A DNA stretch of 64,000 nt, taken from an uncultured Planctomycetota bacterium (GTDB lineage Bacteria; Planctomycetota; PLA2; JAEUHO01). Shown in pieces: positions 1 to 8,180 of this stretch (position 1 is the stretch's first letter; each line of letters begins with the position of its first letter). A model generated the notes under the pieces. It was not told the DNA's origin, did no database searches, and saw only the letters and a program-made list of their open reading frames with translations. The position numbers and the translations under genes were made by a program. Location of the stretch: the NCBI GenBank assembly GCA_963752285.1, contig CAVVXN010000001.1, positions 96,001-160,000 on the forward strand, in the 5' to 3' direction.

Positions 1-1361
1 TGCCAGCGGGGGATCCCGCTCCCGGGCTCGGAGGGCGCGGGCTCCTCCACCGGCACCGGCCGCGGCTGCGGCTGCGGCGGCTCGAAGCCCGGGAACCGCT
101 TCTGCTCGATCTGGCGGTTGATCAGCTTCTCGATGGACGTCAGGAAGGGGCCGTCGTTCGGGGTGACCAAGGTGACGGCCCACCCCTTTTCCCCCATCCG
201 GGCGGTGCGACCGACGCGGTGGACGTAGTCCTCGGGGTTCTCGGGGATGTCGTAGTTGAAGACGTGGTCCACGCCCTGGATGTCGAGGCCCCGCGCGGCG
301 ACGTCGGTCGCCACGAGCAGCTCGAGGCGCCCCTCGCGGAAGTCCGCGAGGATCGCCTCGCGCTGCCGCTGGGGCAGCCCGCTGTGGATCTCGTGCGCGT
401 CGAAGCCCTCGCGCGAGAGGGCGTACGCGACCCGGTCGGCGGTGAAGCGGGTGCGCGTGAACACGATCGTGCGCCTCGGCTCGCGCTGTCGGAGGATGGC
501 GATCAGGAGCTCGCGCTTGCGGTCGTGCGGGACGACGTAGAAGACCTGGTCCACCTCGTCCACGGTGAGGGTCCGGCTCTCGATCTCGACCCGATCGTGC
601 TCCTGGAGGTGGCGGCGGATCAGGGCCTCCACGTCGTCGTTGAGCGTCGCCGAGACGAAAAGGCTCTGCTTGCGACCGCTGCACGCGCGGAGGATCCGGT
701 CGATGTCGTCCCGGAAGCCGAGGTCGTACATGCGGTCCACCTCGTCCAGCACGAGGCGCTCGACCTTCCCCGCGTCGAACGTGCCGCGGCCGATGTGGTC
801 GAGGAGCCGACCCGGGGTACCGACGACGACGGCGGCCTTGGGGATCCGCACGAAGTCGCTCCGAAGGCGCGTCCCGCCGTAGATGCAGGCCACGCGGAGG
901 GGCAGGTGCTTCGCCAGCCGTTCGGCCTCGCCGGCCACCTGCATGGCGAGCTCGCGGGTGGGCACGACGACGAGCAGGCGCACGGGTCCGTGCGGCGGCG
1001 TCGAGGCGGGGGCCCGGGCCTCGTCGAGGAGGGCGAGACAGGGAAGGAGGAAGGCTGCGGTCTTGCCCGTTCCGGTCCGCGAGCGCGCGACGACGTCTCG
1101 CCCCTCGAGGGCGAGGGGGATCATGCGGGCCTGGACTTCGGTCGGGGTCGTGTAGGCGGCCTCGTGGACCGCGAGATTCAGGGGCCGGGGGAGGTCGAAC
1201 TCGTCGAAGCCGGACGTCTCGGGGTCGCCGGAGGGTTCGGCGGCCGGCACCGGCTCGGGCCGTCCGGCGCCGGTCCCGCGCCGGCGACGACGCCGGCGAG
1301 ACCGCCCCGAGGATCCGACGTCCTCCGTCTCCCGGCCTTCGGGAAGCGGATCGGATGTCAT
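1..1361 (-). CDS. DEAD-box ATP-dependent RNA helicase (3' end outside window)
   Basis: Hand translation: Q motif (YTTPTEVQ), SRTGTGKT, PTRELAMQV, GTPGRLLDH, VLDEVDRM, SAT, HRVGRTARMG. ATG at 1361. Not in the ORF track because it has no stop in the window. Confidence 0.95.
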   Translation of the reverse strand, partial: MTSDPLPEGRETEDVGSSGRSRRRRRRRGTGAGRPEPVPAAEPSGDPETSGFDEFDLPRPLNLAVHEAAYTTPTEVQARMIPLALEGRDVVARSRTGTGKTAAFLLPCLALLDEARAPASTPPHGPVRLLVVVPTRELAMQVAGEAERLAKHLPLRVACIYGGTRLRSDFVRIPKAAVVVGTPGRLLDHIGRGTFDAGKVERLVLDEVDRMYDLGFRDDIDRILRACSGRKQSLFVSATLNDDVEALIRRHLQEHDRVEIESRTLTVDEVDQVFYVVPHDRKRELLIAILRQREPRRTIVFTRTRFTADRVAYALSREGFDAHEIHSGLPQRQREAILADFREGRLELLVATDVAARGLDIQGVDHVFNYDIPENPEDYVHRVGRTARMGEKGWAVTLVTPNDGPFLTSIEKLINRQIEQKRFPGFEPPQPQPRPVPVEEPAPSEPGSGIPRW

Positions 1362-1396
1362 CGGGGCCGATCGTACCCGGAGCGGAGTAGGGCAGG

Positions 1397-1405
1397 TGGT
1401 ATAAG
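1397..1405 (+). promoter_or_regulatory. Possible extended -10 element for the tRNA gene
   Basis: TGGTATAAG about 26 bp upstream of the tRNA, in otherwise GC-rich DNA. Confidence 0.4.
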
Positions 1406-1430
1406 GGCCGCCCCGACCGAAATCCGCCGC

Positions 1431-1520
1431 GGAGAGGTGGCAGAGCGGTCGAATGCACCGGCTTGCTAAGCCGGCGTACCCGTCAGGGTACCCCGGGTTC
1501 GAATCCCGGCCTCTCCGCCA
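1431..1520 (+). tRNA. tRNA-Ser (anticodon GCT)
   Basis: GGAGAGG/CCTCTCC acceptor stem, CCGGC-TT-GCT-AA-GCCGG anticodon arm, long variable arm, GGTTCGAATCC T-loop, encoded CCA. Confidence 0.97.
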
Positions 1521-1720
1521 CTCCTTCGACTCCCGACCCGGATTTTCGCTGTTCGCCGCGCGCGGACCGTGCGCGCGGGCACGGCAAGGGGAGTTGGGGC
1601 CTACCTCCCCCGCACCCCTAACTCCTTCGACTCCCGACCCGGATTTTCGCTCTTCGCCGCGCGCGGACCGTGCGCACGGGCGCGGCAAGGGGAGTTGGGG
1701 CCTACCTCCCCCGCACCCCT
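1520..1720. repeat. Two-copy tandem repeat, 101-bp period, abutting the tRNA 3' end
   Basis: 1520-1619 and 1621-1720 are nearly identical. Each unit has the ACTCCCGACCCGGATTTTCGCT motif, a CCGTGC..GCACGG-type palindrome and a GGGGAG..CTCCCC stem. Confidence 0.95.
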
Positions 1721-1743
1721 CACGCGCCCCTCGGGGAGGGGGC

Positions 1744-2550
1744 TCAGCGACGTTCGACCCGTAGCACGTTGTGCGTCTTGAACGGCCGGTCGTCCGTGCC
1801 CGCGGCGTCCCAGCCCCGGTCGCTCTCGATCCAGAGCTCGACCGCGCCGTTCGTGACGAGGCCGTCCTCGCGGGAGAGGACGAAATGGGCCTTCACGCTC
1901 GTCTTGGCCTCACGCACCCAGTCGGCGACCGCCTGCGCCTCCGGCTCGACCTGCGGGATGACCACGGCGCCCGTGCCGGAGAGCACGACCTCCTCGGAGC
2001 GCACGGCTTCCACGTGCAACGTGAGCATCAAGCCCAGTGGCATCGGCAGGCCGTCGAGGGCGTCCGGGACGTCCCAGGTCGCCGCGGCCTCGGGGATGTC
2101 GCTCTCCGAAAGAGGGCGAAGACGCGCCGCGAGCCACGCGGCCGGGGAGACGAGGTCACCTGTTCCTACGCCGCCGCGACGCACCTGGTAGCCCACGGGG
2201 CTGACGAAATCCGACACGTCGTCGATCCGCCCGTCCGCTCCGAGGGTGAAGGTGAACGTGCTCTCCTTCACGCCCGGGGACGTCGGCAGGCGTTTCCACA
2301 CCACGCGTCGGCCGCCGTCCCCAGCGGCCGTCGCGGTCAACGAGACGTCGGCGGTCCACGAGAGCTCGCCGTGCTCGCTCGGTCCGCGCCGGCTCTCCTG
2401 CTTCCAGTCGAGGTGGTAGGTACGGACCGCGCCGTCGGGAAGGGAGACGGGCAGGCGGAGGAACGGCGCGGGGGGAGGCGTGGCACGACCACAGGCGGGC
2501 AGGAGCAGCGCGAGCAGGAGTGTTCCCATTGCAATCGATCGGTGGTGCAT
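1744..2550 (-). CDS. Hypothetical lipoprotein
   Basis: MHHRSIAMGTLLLALLLPACG has a lipobox-like LPAC. GC3-rich codons. The upstream part of the tracked ORF is repeat DNA. Confidence 0.75.
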   Translation of the reverse strand: MHHRSIAMGTLLLALLLPACGRATPPPAPFLRLPVSLPDGAVRTYHLDWKQESRRGPSEHGELSWTADVSLTATAAGDGGRRVVWKRLPTSPGVKESTFTFTLGADGRIDDVSDFVSPVGYQVRRGGVGTGDLVSPAAWLAARLRPLSESDIPEAAATWDVPDALDGLPMPLGLMLTLHVEAVRSEEVVLSGTGAVVIPQVEPEAQAVADWVREAKTSVKAHFVLSREDGLVTNGAVELWIESDRGWDAAGTDDRPFKTHNVLRVERR

Positions 2551-2597
2551 ACCGCGATCTCCCCTGCAGCGCGTAGGGGACAGAGGGTAGGCGCGTC

Positions 2598-2834
2598 CGA
2601 CTCCCGACCCAGATTTTCGACATTCCCCACGAGCACGATCCATCCGCCCTTCCCCCGATCCCCTCCCAAGCCGGAATCTTGCTCTTCGCCGCCGGGGCCC
2701 CCACGCGTTCCCCGCCTTGGGATCAGGCTCTCCAGGCGTCGCAGTCCTCGCGGAGAGCCGCGTGCAGGACCCGTGCCGACCGCTCGGCGTAGAGCCCGTC
2801 CTCCCCGAGCCGCCGCACGGGGAGCCGGGCCCGC
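2598..2834 (-). mobile_element. Degenerate copy of the RAYT gene 3' end plus its downstream repeat cluster
   Basis: Aligns by eye with 6784-7046. 2723-2834 encodes RARLPVRRLGEDGLYAERSARVLHAALREDCDAWRA*, matching the RAYT C-terminus. Confidence 0.92.
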
Positions 2835-2839
2835 TTCGA

Positions 2840-2995
2840 TTGGGGCGTGGCGGCGGTGCTGGGTCACGTAGCCGCAGAGACCGTCGGTCCCCACGATCAT
2901 CACCGTCGCCGTGTTCGTGCCGCCTCCGCCGCCGCAGCCCGCCAGGGCGAGGCCGGCACACAGTCCGAGCCGAGCCCGAGCAGCGTACTCCGCAT
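2840..2995 (-). pseudogene. 5' remnant of a lipoprotein gene
   Basis: GAGAGG RBS + ATG 2995. MRSTLLGL-(1-bp shift)-LGLCAGLALAGCGGGGGTNTATVMIVG contains a LAGC lipobox, then runs into the RAYT tail remnant. Confidence 0.55.
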
Positions 2996-3507
2996 GTGCC
3001 TCTCGCGGCAGGCGGCATCGACGTGGCCGCGTTCCGCCGCCCCGCCGAGGCGGCGAGGATGCGGGGGCAGCCGACGTACCGTCAAGGGCAATCGGCCGTC
3101 GCCGTCGGAGGGTGCGCGGGGTACGGAGGCAGGCACCACCGGCGCGGGCGCCGTGTGGCTCTCGAACCGCGTCCGCACTCTCGCCGATCCCACCCGGAAG
3201 GCCTTGGATCCCGAAGCACAGATCGCCGGCTCCGGCTCCCGGCTTCGTGCCCGTGTGGCGTGCTGGTGAAGGCTGCGTTCCGGCGCGCAACGCAGAGAGC
3301 TGCACCTCGACTCCGTCCATTCTGGTGGGGACCTCTCGCCTCCGCGGCAGATCCCGGAGTGCGTCGGTCGGGCGCGCGCCGAGGCGGTGCCCTGGTCACG
3401 CCGCCTCGTCGTCTCGGCGCCGGGACGGACCGGCGCCGCGGGCGGGAGAGACGCCCAGGATCGGAAGGACGGGTCGGGAGCCGATGGGCGGGCGCTTGCG
3501 GAGTGGA

Positions 3508-6500
3508 CTACCTCTTCGCCTGCTCCAGGCACCACCGTTTGTTCTGCTCGAAGAGGCGCACGCCGGGGAAGCGTTCGATCGCGTGGTCGTAGACGGCGAT
3601 CGCGCCGTTCCAGTCCTTGGCGTCCGAGAAGGTCTTCGCCCACCGGTCCCAGATCGCGATGGCGTTCCCGCTCAACCGCCGGCTGTCCGGCGCGGCCGCG
3701 ATCCCGGCCGCGTACACGTCCACGGCTTCCTGCCAGTGGCCGGCGTCCGACAGGCTGCGGGCCCAGGTGTCGTAGAGCGCCTCGGCGGCCTCCCGGTGGG
3801 CCGCCGCGTCCGGGAGCAGGTCGGCGGCGCGGGCCAGGAAGGCGACGCCCTCTTCGCCCTTGCCCTGCGACGCCAGGGTCGCGAGCGTCTGCTGCACGCG
3901 ATTGCGCGCGGCCCGCTTCACGCCCTCGTCGTCGGGAAAGCGCTCGCGCATGGCCTGCAGGGCGACCAGCGCGGCTTCAGGGTCCGCGGCCTGCGCGGCC
4001 CACTGCTGCGTCAGCCAGGCGACGTTTCTCACGAGCGTGCGCTCGCCGGGGACCTTCTCGAGCCCCTTCACGTACACGTCCGCGGCCTGCTCCCAGTGCC
4101 CCGCCGACATCTCGGCGCGGGCCCACGCGTCGTAGACGAACGCGTAGAGGTCCGTGGCGTCCTTGGCCTTCGTGAAGAGCGCGCGACCGCGGTCGAGCGC
4201 GTCGATGGCCTCCGCATGCTTGCCGGCGCGGACGAGGTCGTTCACCTGACGCCTCAGCTCGTTGGCGCTGGTGCTGGCGACGCGGTCCATGTCGGGGAAG
4301 AGCTGCTTCAGCTTCGCCTGGACCTCGGCGGCCTCGTCGGCCCCGCCGTGCGCGTAGGCGGCGCGCGTCCACTCCTGGGCGAGGTAGGCCGTGTTCTGGC
4401 GAAGGAGCCGGTCCTGGGGGAAGCGCCCCAGCGCGCTCGCGTAGACCTGGGCGGCCTCCAACCACGCTTTGGCGGCCATCTTCCGTTTCGCCCAGAGGTC
4501 GAACACGTTCACCGCGAGCGCGTCGCGATCCTTCCCCGCGGGCAGGAGGTCGCCGGCGGACTCGATCACGGCGAGCGCCTCCTCCTCCTTCCCCTCTTTC
4601 GCCAGCGCGAGCGCCACGCGCTGCACGTGGCTCGCCCCCACCAGCGCGATCGACGGCACGGCCGGGAAGCGTTCCCGCAGCGCGCGCAGCAGGTCGAACG
4701 AGGCGGCGGGGCCGCTCTGTCTCGCGCGCGCCCGGGCCCACTCCTGGGCCAGGTAGCCGGCGTTCTGCCGCAGCGCCGCATCGTCGGGAATCGCCGCCAG
4801 GCCCTGCTCGATCACCTGCGCCGCCGCGTCGTAGTGGCCCTGCCGCACCTCGGAGGTGAACCAGCGCGCGTAGAGCGAGGACCGCCACGACACGATCTCG
4901 TCCCGCGCTCCGCCCTCGAGACGATCCAGGCCGGGAAGCGCCGCTGCCAGCGCCTCGGTCCAGTGCGACTCCCTCACCAGCTTCTCGGCGCGCTTGAGGA
5001 AGACCCAGGACCGCAGGTCGCCGAATCCGGCGTCGGGCACCGCCCGGGCGGCACGGCCGAGGATCGCGAGCGCGTCGTCCACGTGGCCGGCGTCGATCGC
5101 GTCGTTCGCCCATCCGCTCCAGATCGCGCGCTGGTTGTTCCGAAGCAGCGCGTCCTCGGGCGCGAGGGCCAAGCCCGTTTCCACCACCTCGAGCGCCTGC
5201 TCGTACTTCCCGCCCTTCTGGAGCTCGACACCCCAGTTCGCGAGCACGGCCAGGGCATTCTTCACCGCGGAGCCGAACTCCTCGTCGAGGCTCATCGCGC
5301 GGAAGTACTCCATCAGCGCCTCGTGGTAGCGCTTCTCCTGGCCCAGCCTGACGCCGTGGTTGTAGTAGATGATCGCGGCGAGGCCTGCCTCCCGCACCTC
5401 GCGCCGCTGGTCCCGGTGCGCGTCCGGGATGTAGCGGAAACCGGTGAGCGCCTGGACCTTCGCGGCGACGGCCGGATCGCGTGCGGGGTTGAAGCCCTGC
5501 GGCGTCGTCGTCTCCACGTCCATGTGATTCGTGCCCTCGTAGAGGATCGAGAACGCGTGCGTGGGCACCTCGATCGCCCGGGCGTCGAGCCCCAGGCCCA
5601 GGGCGAGGACGTTGAAGAGCGTGGCGGACGAGACGCAGTTGAAGGTGCCGGTGTCGAGCACGGTGGAGAGGTCGGTCTGGTTCGCCACGTAGCCCTTCGA
5701 CATGGGGCCCGCGTGCATCCACTTCAGCAGGGCCTCGCCCTTCGCCGCGGGCGTCTTCGCGGAGGCGACGGCCTCCCTCGCCTGCTCCTCCAGCTCGTCG
5801 AGCCGCGCGACGTAGGCCTTCCGGCGCGCGGGGTCCGTCACGCCAGATGCGAGCAGCGCCGCCTCCTCGAAGAGCGCGCGATCCAGGCGACCCTGTCGCG
5901 CGCGATCGAAGAGCGCTCGCTCGTCGGGCGCGATCGAGGGGTGCAGCGATGTCGTCTTCTCCAGGCGGGCGAGGACGTCGAACGCGCGGGCCGGGGACTC
6001 GCCGAAGGCGTACCGGCTCTTCGGCTCCCCCTCGAACCCGAGCACCTCCACCTCGGCGGCGGCGACGCGGGTCGCGCCGGCTGCCGGCGTGAGCCGCACG
6101 AGGATGAATCGCGCGGCGATCGGCGGGAAGGGGAAGAGCCTGGGCCGTCCGGCGGCGTCCAGCGGGTCCGCCCGCACCGAGGTGAAGCCCGCGTGCGCGG
6201 AGACCGTCGAGACCAGGACCTCGACCCGCGCGGCCGGCGCCTGGGAAGCCCTCGCGTCGGGAAGCGTCACGCGCACGCCTTGCGGCGCGACCTCTGCGTC
6301 GCCGAAGCCGTAGACGACGTCGAGCGTCGTGCCAGGCGCGACGGCGACCTCGGCGACCGTGTCGGACTTTCCGTCTGCCAGCGCGGCGACGGAGGCCGCT
6401 TCGCCGCCGAACGCCGTGGTCGCGACGACCGAGGCCGCCGGCAGCCTGAGGAGGTCGACCGGCTTCTCCTCCTCCGCGCGCGCCGCACGCGGCAGCAGGC

Positions 6501-6567
6501 TCAGGAGCGCGAGGGCGAGCGCCGCGCCCGGCAGAACGAGACGAGCCCGGGCCAGCACGCGGATCAT
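3508..6567 (-). CDS. Secreted transglutaminase-like (Cys-His-Asp/Glu) and TPR-repeat protein
   Basis: Signal peptide ending AARA/EE; GTFNCVSSATLF...PTHAFS...DVETT; long TPR-like helical C-terminal region. Confidence 0.8.
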   Translation of the reverse strand: MIRVLARARLVLPGAALALALLSLLPRAARAEEEKPVDLLRLPAASVVATTAFGGEAASVAALADGKSDTVAEVAVAPGTTLDVVYGFGDAEVAPQGVRVTLPDARASQAPAARVEVLVSTVSAHAGFTSVRADPLDAAGRPRLFPFPPIAARFILVRLTPAAGATRVAAAEVEVLGFEGEPKSRYAFGESPARAFDVLARLEKTTSLHPSIAPDERALFDRARQGRLDRALFEEAALLASGVTDPARRKAYVARLDELEEQAREAVASAKTPAAKGEALLKWMHAGPMSKGYVANQTDLSTVLDTGTFNCVSSATLFNVLALGLGLDARAIEVPTHAFSILYEGTNHMDVETTTPQGFNPARDPAVAAKVQALTGFRYIPDAHRDQRREVREAGLAAIIYYNHGVRLGQEKRYHEALMEYFRAMSLDEEFGSAVKNALAVLANWGVELQKGGKYEQALEVVETGLALAPEDALLRNNQRAIWSGWANDAIDAGHVDDALAILGRAARAVPDAGFGDLRSWVFLKRAEKLVRESHWTEALAAALPGLDRLEGGARDEIVSWRSSLYARWFTSEVRQGHYDAAAQVIEQGLAAIPDDAALRQNAGYLAQEWARARARQSGPAASFDLLRALRERFPAVPSIALVGASHVQRVALALAKEGKEEEALAVIESAGDLLPAGKDRDALAVNVFDLWAKRKMAAKAWLEAAQVYASALGRFPQDRLLRQNTAYLAQEWTRAAYAHGGADEAAEVQAKLKQLFPDMDRVASTSANELRRQVNDLVRAGKHAEAIDALDRGRALFTKAKDATDLYAFVYDAWARAEMSAGHWEQAADVYVKGLEKVPGERTLVRNVAWLTQQWAAQAADPEAALVALQAMRERFPDDEGVKRAARNRVQQTLATLASQGKGEEGVAFLARAADLLPDAAAHREAAEALYDTWARSLSDAGHWQEAVDVYAAGIAAAPDSRRLSGNAIAIWDRWAKTFSDAKDWNGAIAVYDHAIERFPGVRLFEQNKRWCLEQAKR

Positions 6568-6785
6568 CGGATTCCCCCCGTCTCGGCCACCTCGCCAGGG
6601 CCGAGGTCGCGCGGGAGGCCGCGGGCTCCCGGCCCGGTCCGTCGCAAGGGTCGCCGGCCCGTCCGGACGAGGACCGACCTGCCCCCGCCGAACGGGCCCG
6701 ATCCTACGTCGTGGCCCCACCGCCCACCAGGGCCAGCCGAGGGCGGACTGCCGTGCGCGCGCGAGTCGTCGCCCCTTCACCTTCG

Positions 6786-6899
6786 ACTCCCGACCCAGAT
6801 TTTCGACATTCCCCACGAGCACGATCCATCCGCCCTTCCCTCGATCCAATCCCAAGCCGGAGTTTCGCGCTTCAATCCCAAGCCGGAGTTTCGCGCTTC
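6786..6899 (+). repeat. Cluster of three 26-bp RAYT-associated motif copies
   Basis: ACTCCCGACCCAGATTTTCGACATTC (6786-6811), then exact tandem AATCCCAAGCCGGAGTTTCGCGCTTC x2 (6848-6873, 6874-6899). Confidence 0.9.
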
Positions 6900-6934
6900 G
6901 CCGCCAGGGCCCCCACGCATTCCCCGCCTTGGGA

Positions 6935-7900
6935 TCAGGCTCTCCAGGCGTCGTAGTCCTCGCGGAGAGCCGCGTGCAGGACCCGGGCCGACCGCTCGGC
7001 GTAGAGCCCGTCCTCCCCGAGCAGCCGCACGTGGAGCCGGGCCCGCCTCTGGACGGTCGAGACGGAGGCCCGCACGCCGTGGGCGATCTCCCGGATGGAG
7101 AGTGCACACGCGTGGCGTAGGAGCCCGACGCGAAGCACCTCCCACGCGTCGATGCTCCGGCGCCCGGGCGCCACGCGCCAGAGCGGGGCCTCTTCCTCGG
7201 CGCGGTCCAGAGCGCGTTTCAAGGTCGCGGGAAGTACCAACACGCGCGCGGCGAGCACGCCGTCGGCACGGCGGGCTCTGTCCCCGAGCCAGCGTTGGAC
7301 GTGAGCGGGCTTCGCCAGCAGCAGCTCGTCGAGGTCGACTTCGTCTGGCGTCGGGGAGCGAAGCCAGGCTCGCACCAGACGAATCGGAACGGTTCGGCCA
7401 TTGCGAACCGCCGGATCGAGTCGTTGGCCGAAGTCGCGGGCGAGCCAGGGACGTCCTCTTCCGCGGGCGTAATCACGAGCACTCGAGAAGGGATAGGCTT
7501 CGGCGTCCGTGACGATGCCCGCTCGGACCGGGTTGTCGTGGATGTAGCCGATCACCGCACGACGATAGGCTTTCGTTAGGATGAGCTTCGCCCGGAACCT
7601 GCCACGAAAGAGCGGGCCGTCGCGATCGTGACGCAGGTTGAACCACCGGGCGTAGGCGTCTTCGATGCGCTGCAATGCGGCCGAGATGTCGCCGTGCGGG
7701 CTACGCACGAGCAGGTGGAAGTGATTGTCCATCAAGCAGTAAGCGTGGATCTCGAGTCGCTCTCGCCGGACCGAGCAGGCAAGTAGGGCCAGGAAACGCA
7801 GGAACTCGTGGCGGGACTCGAAGATCGCCCGCTGGGCGACCCCGCGGTTCGTGATGTGCCACCAGGCCCCCTCGAAGTCCCGTCGCAGGCGTCTCGGCAT
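6935..7900 (-). mobile_element. REP-associated tyrosine transposase (RAYT, Y1/HUH family) with C-terminal HTH
   Basis: MPRRLR..WHITNRG..AIF; AYCLMDNHFHLL (HUH); LFRGRF; YIHDNPVRAG (catalytic Tyr); YPFSS; C-terminal LSIREIAHGVRASVSTV HTH. Confidence 0.92.
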
Positions 7901-8075
7901 GATGTCTGCCTCCGAGGGGGGATCGCCCGACCTCCCGTCCTGGTCACAGGCGGGCGGTCGCGGATCACTCCCGGTGGGGGTCGCCGGCCGGAACCAGCCG
8001 CCGCGCGGGGCCGCACCGGTGGGGGTCAACCGATCCGGTCGGCCAAGTCGAGGTCGTCAGCCGCCGGCCCGGGGC

Positions 8076-8180
8076 CCGGGCGGTGCGGGCCTGAAGAGCG
8101 AAAATCTGGGTCGGGAGTGGATCGATCGGGCCGGGCGGTGCGGGCCTGAAAGTCGATAATCTGGGTCGGGAGTCGATCGA
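8076..8180 (-). repeat. Two-copy tandem repeat (55-bp period) carrying the 26-bp motif in inverted orientation
   Basis: Reverse complements of 8093-8118 and 8148-8173 are ACTCCCGACCCAGATTTTCGCTCTTC and ACTCCCGACCCAGATTATCGACTTTC. Confidence 0.9.

Noticed and set aside
219..1469. 416-aa plus-strand ORF
   Set aside because: Antisense shadow of the DEAD-box helicase, and it overlaps the tRNA.
3000..3500. Possible ncRNA/riboswitch or small gene in a 500-bp gap
   Set aside because: No recognisable riboswitch consensus or convincing coding signal by eye. An Rfam or blastx search is needed.
2911..7512. 1533-aa plus-strand ORF and similar giant ORFs (21223-26106, 28471-34149, 41026-44133, 54647-57835)
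   Set aside because: Stop-poor shadow frames typical of high-GC DNA. They are Arg/Pro/Gly-rich with no motifs and lie opposite well-supported genes.
1520..8180. CRISPR array interpretation of the 26-bp repeats
   Set aside because: Spacing is irregular (26 bp to kilobases), orientation is mixed, the sequences between paired copies are themselves duplicated, and no cas genes are present.
1431..8180. Classical integrase-driven island or prophage at tRNA-Ser
   Set aside because: I saw no tyrosine or serine integrase, no phage genes and no duplicated tRNA 3' end (att) in the window.
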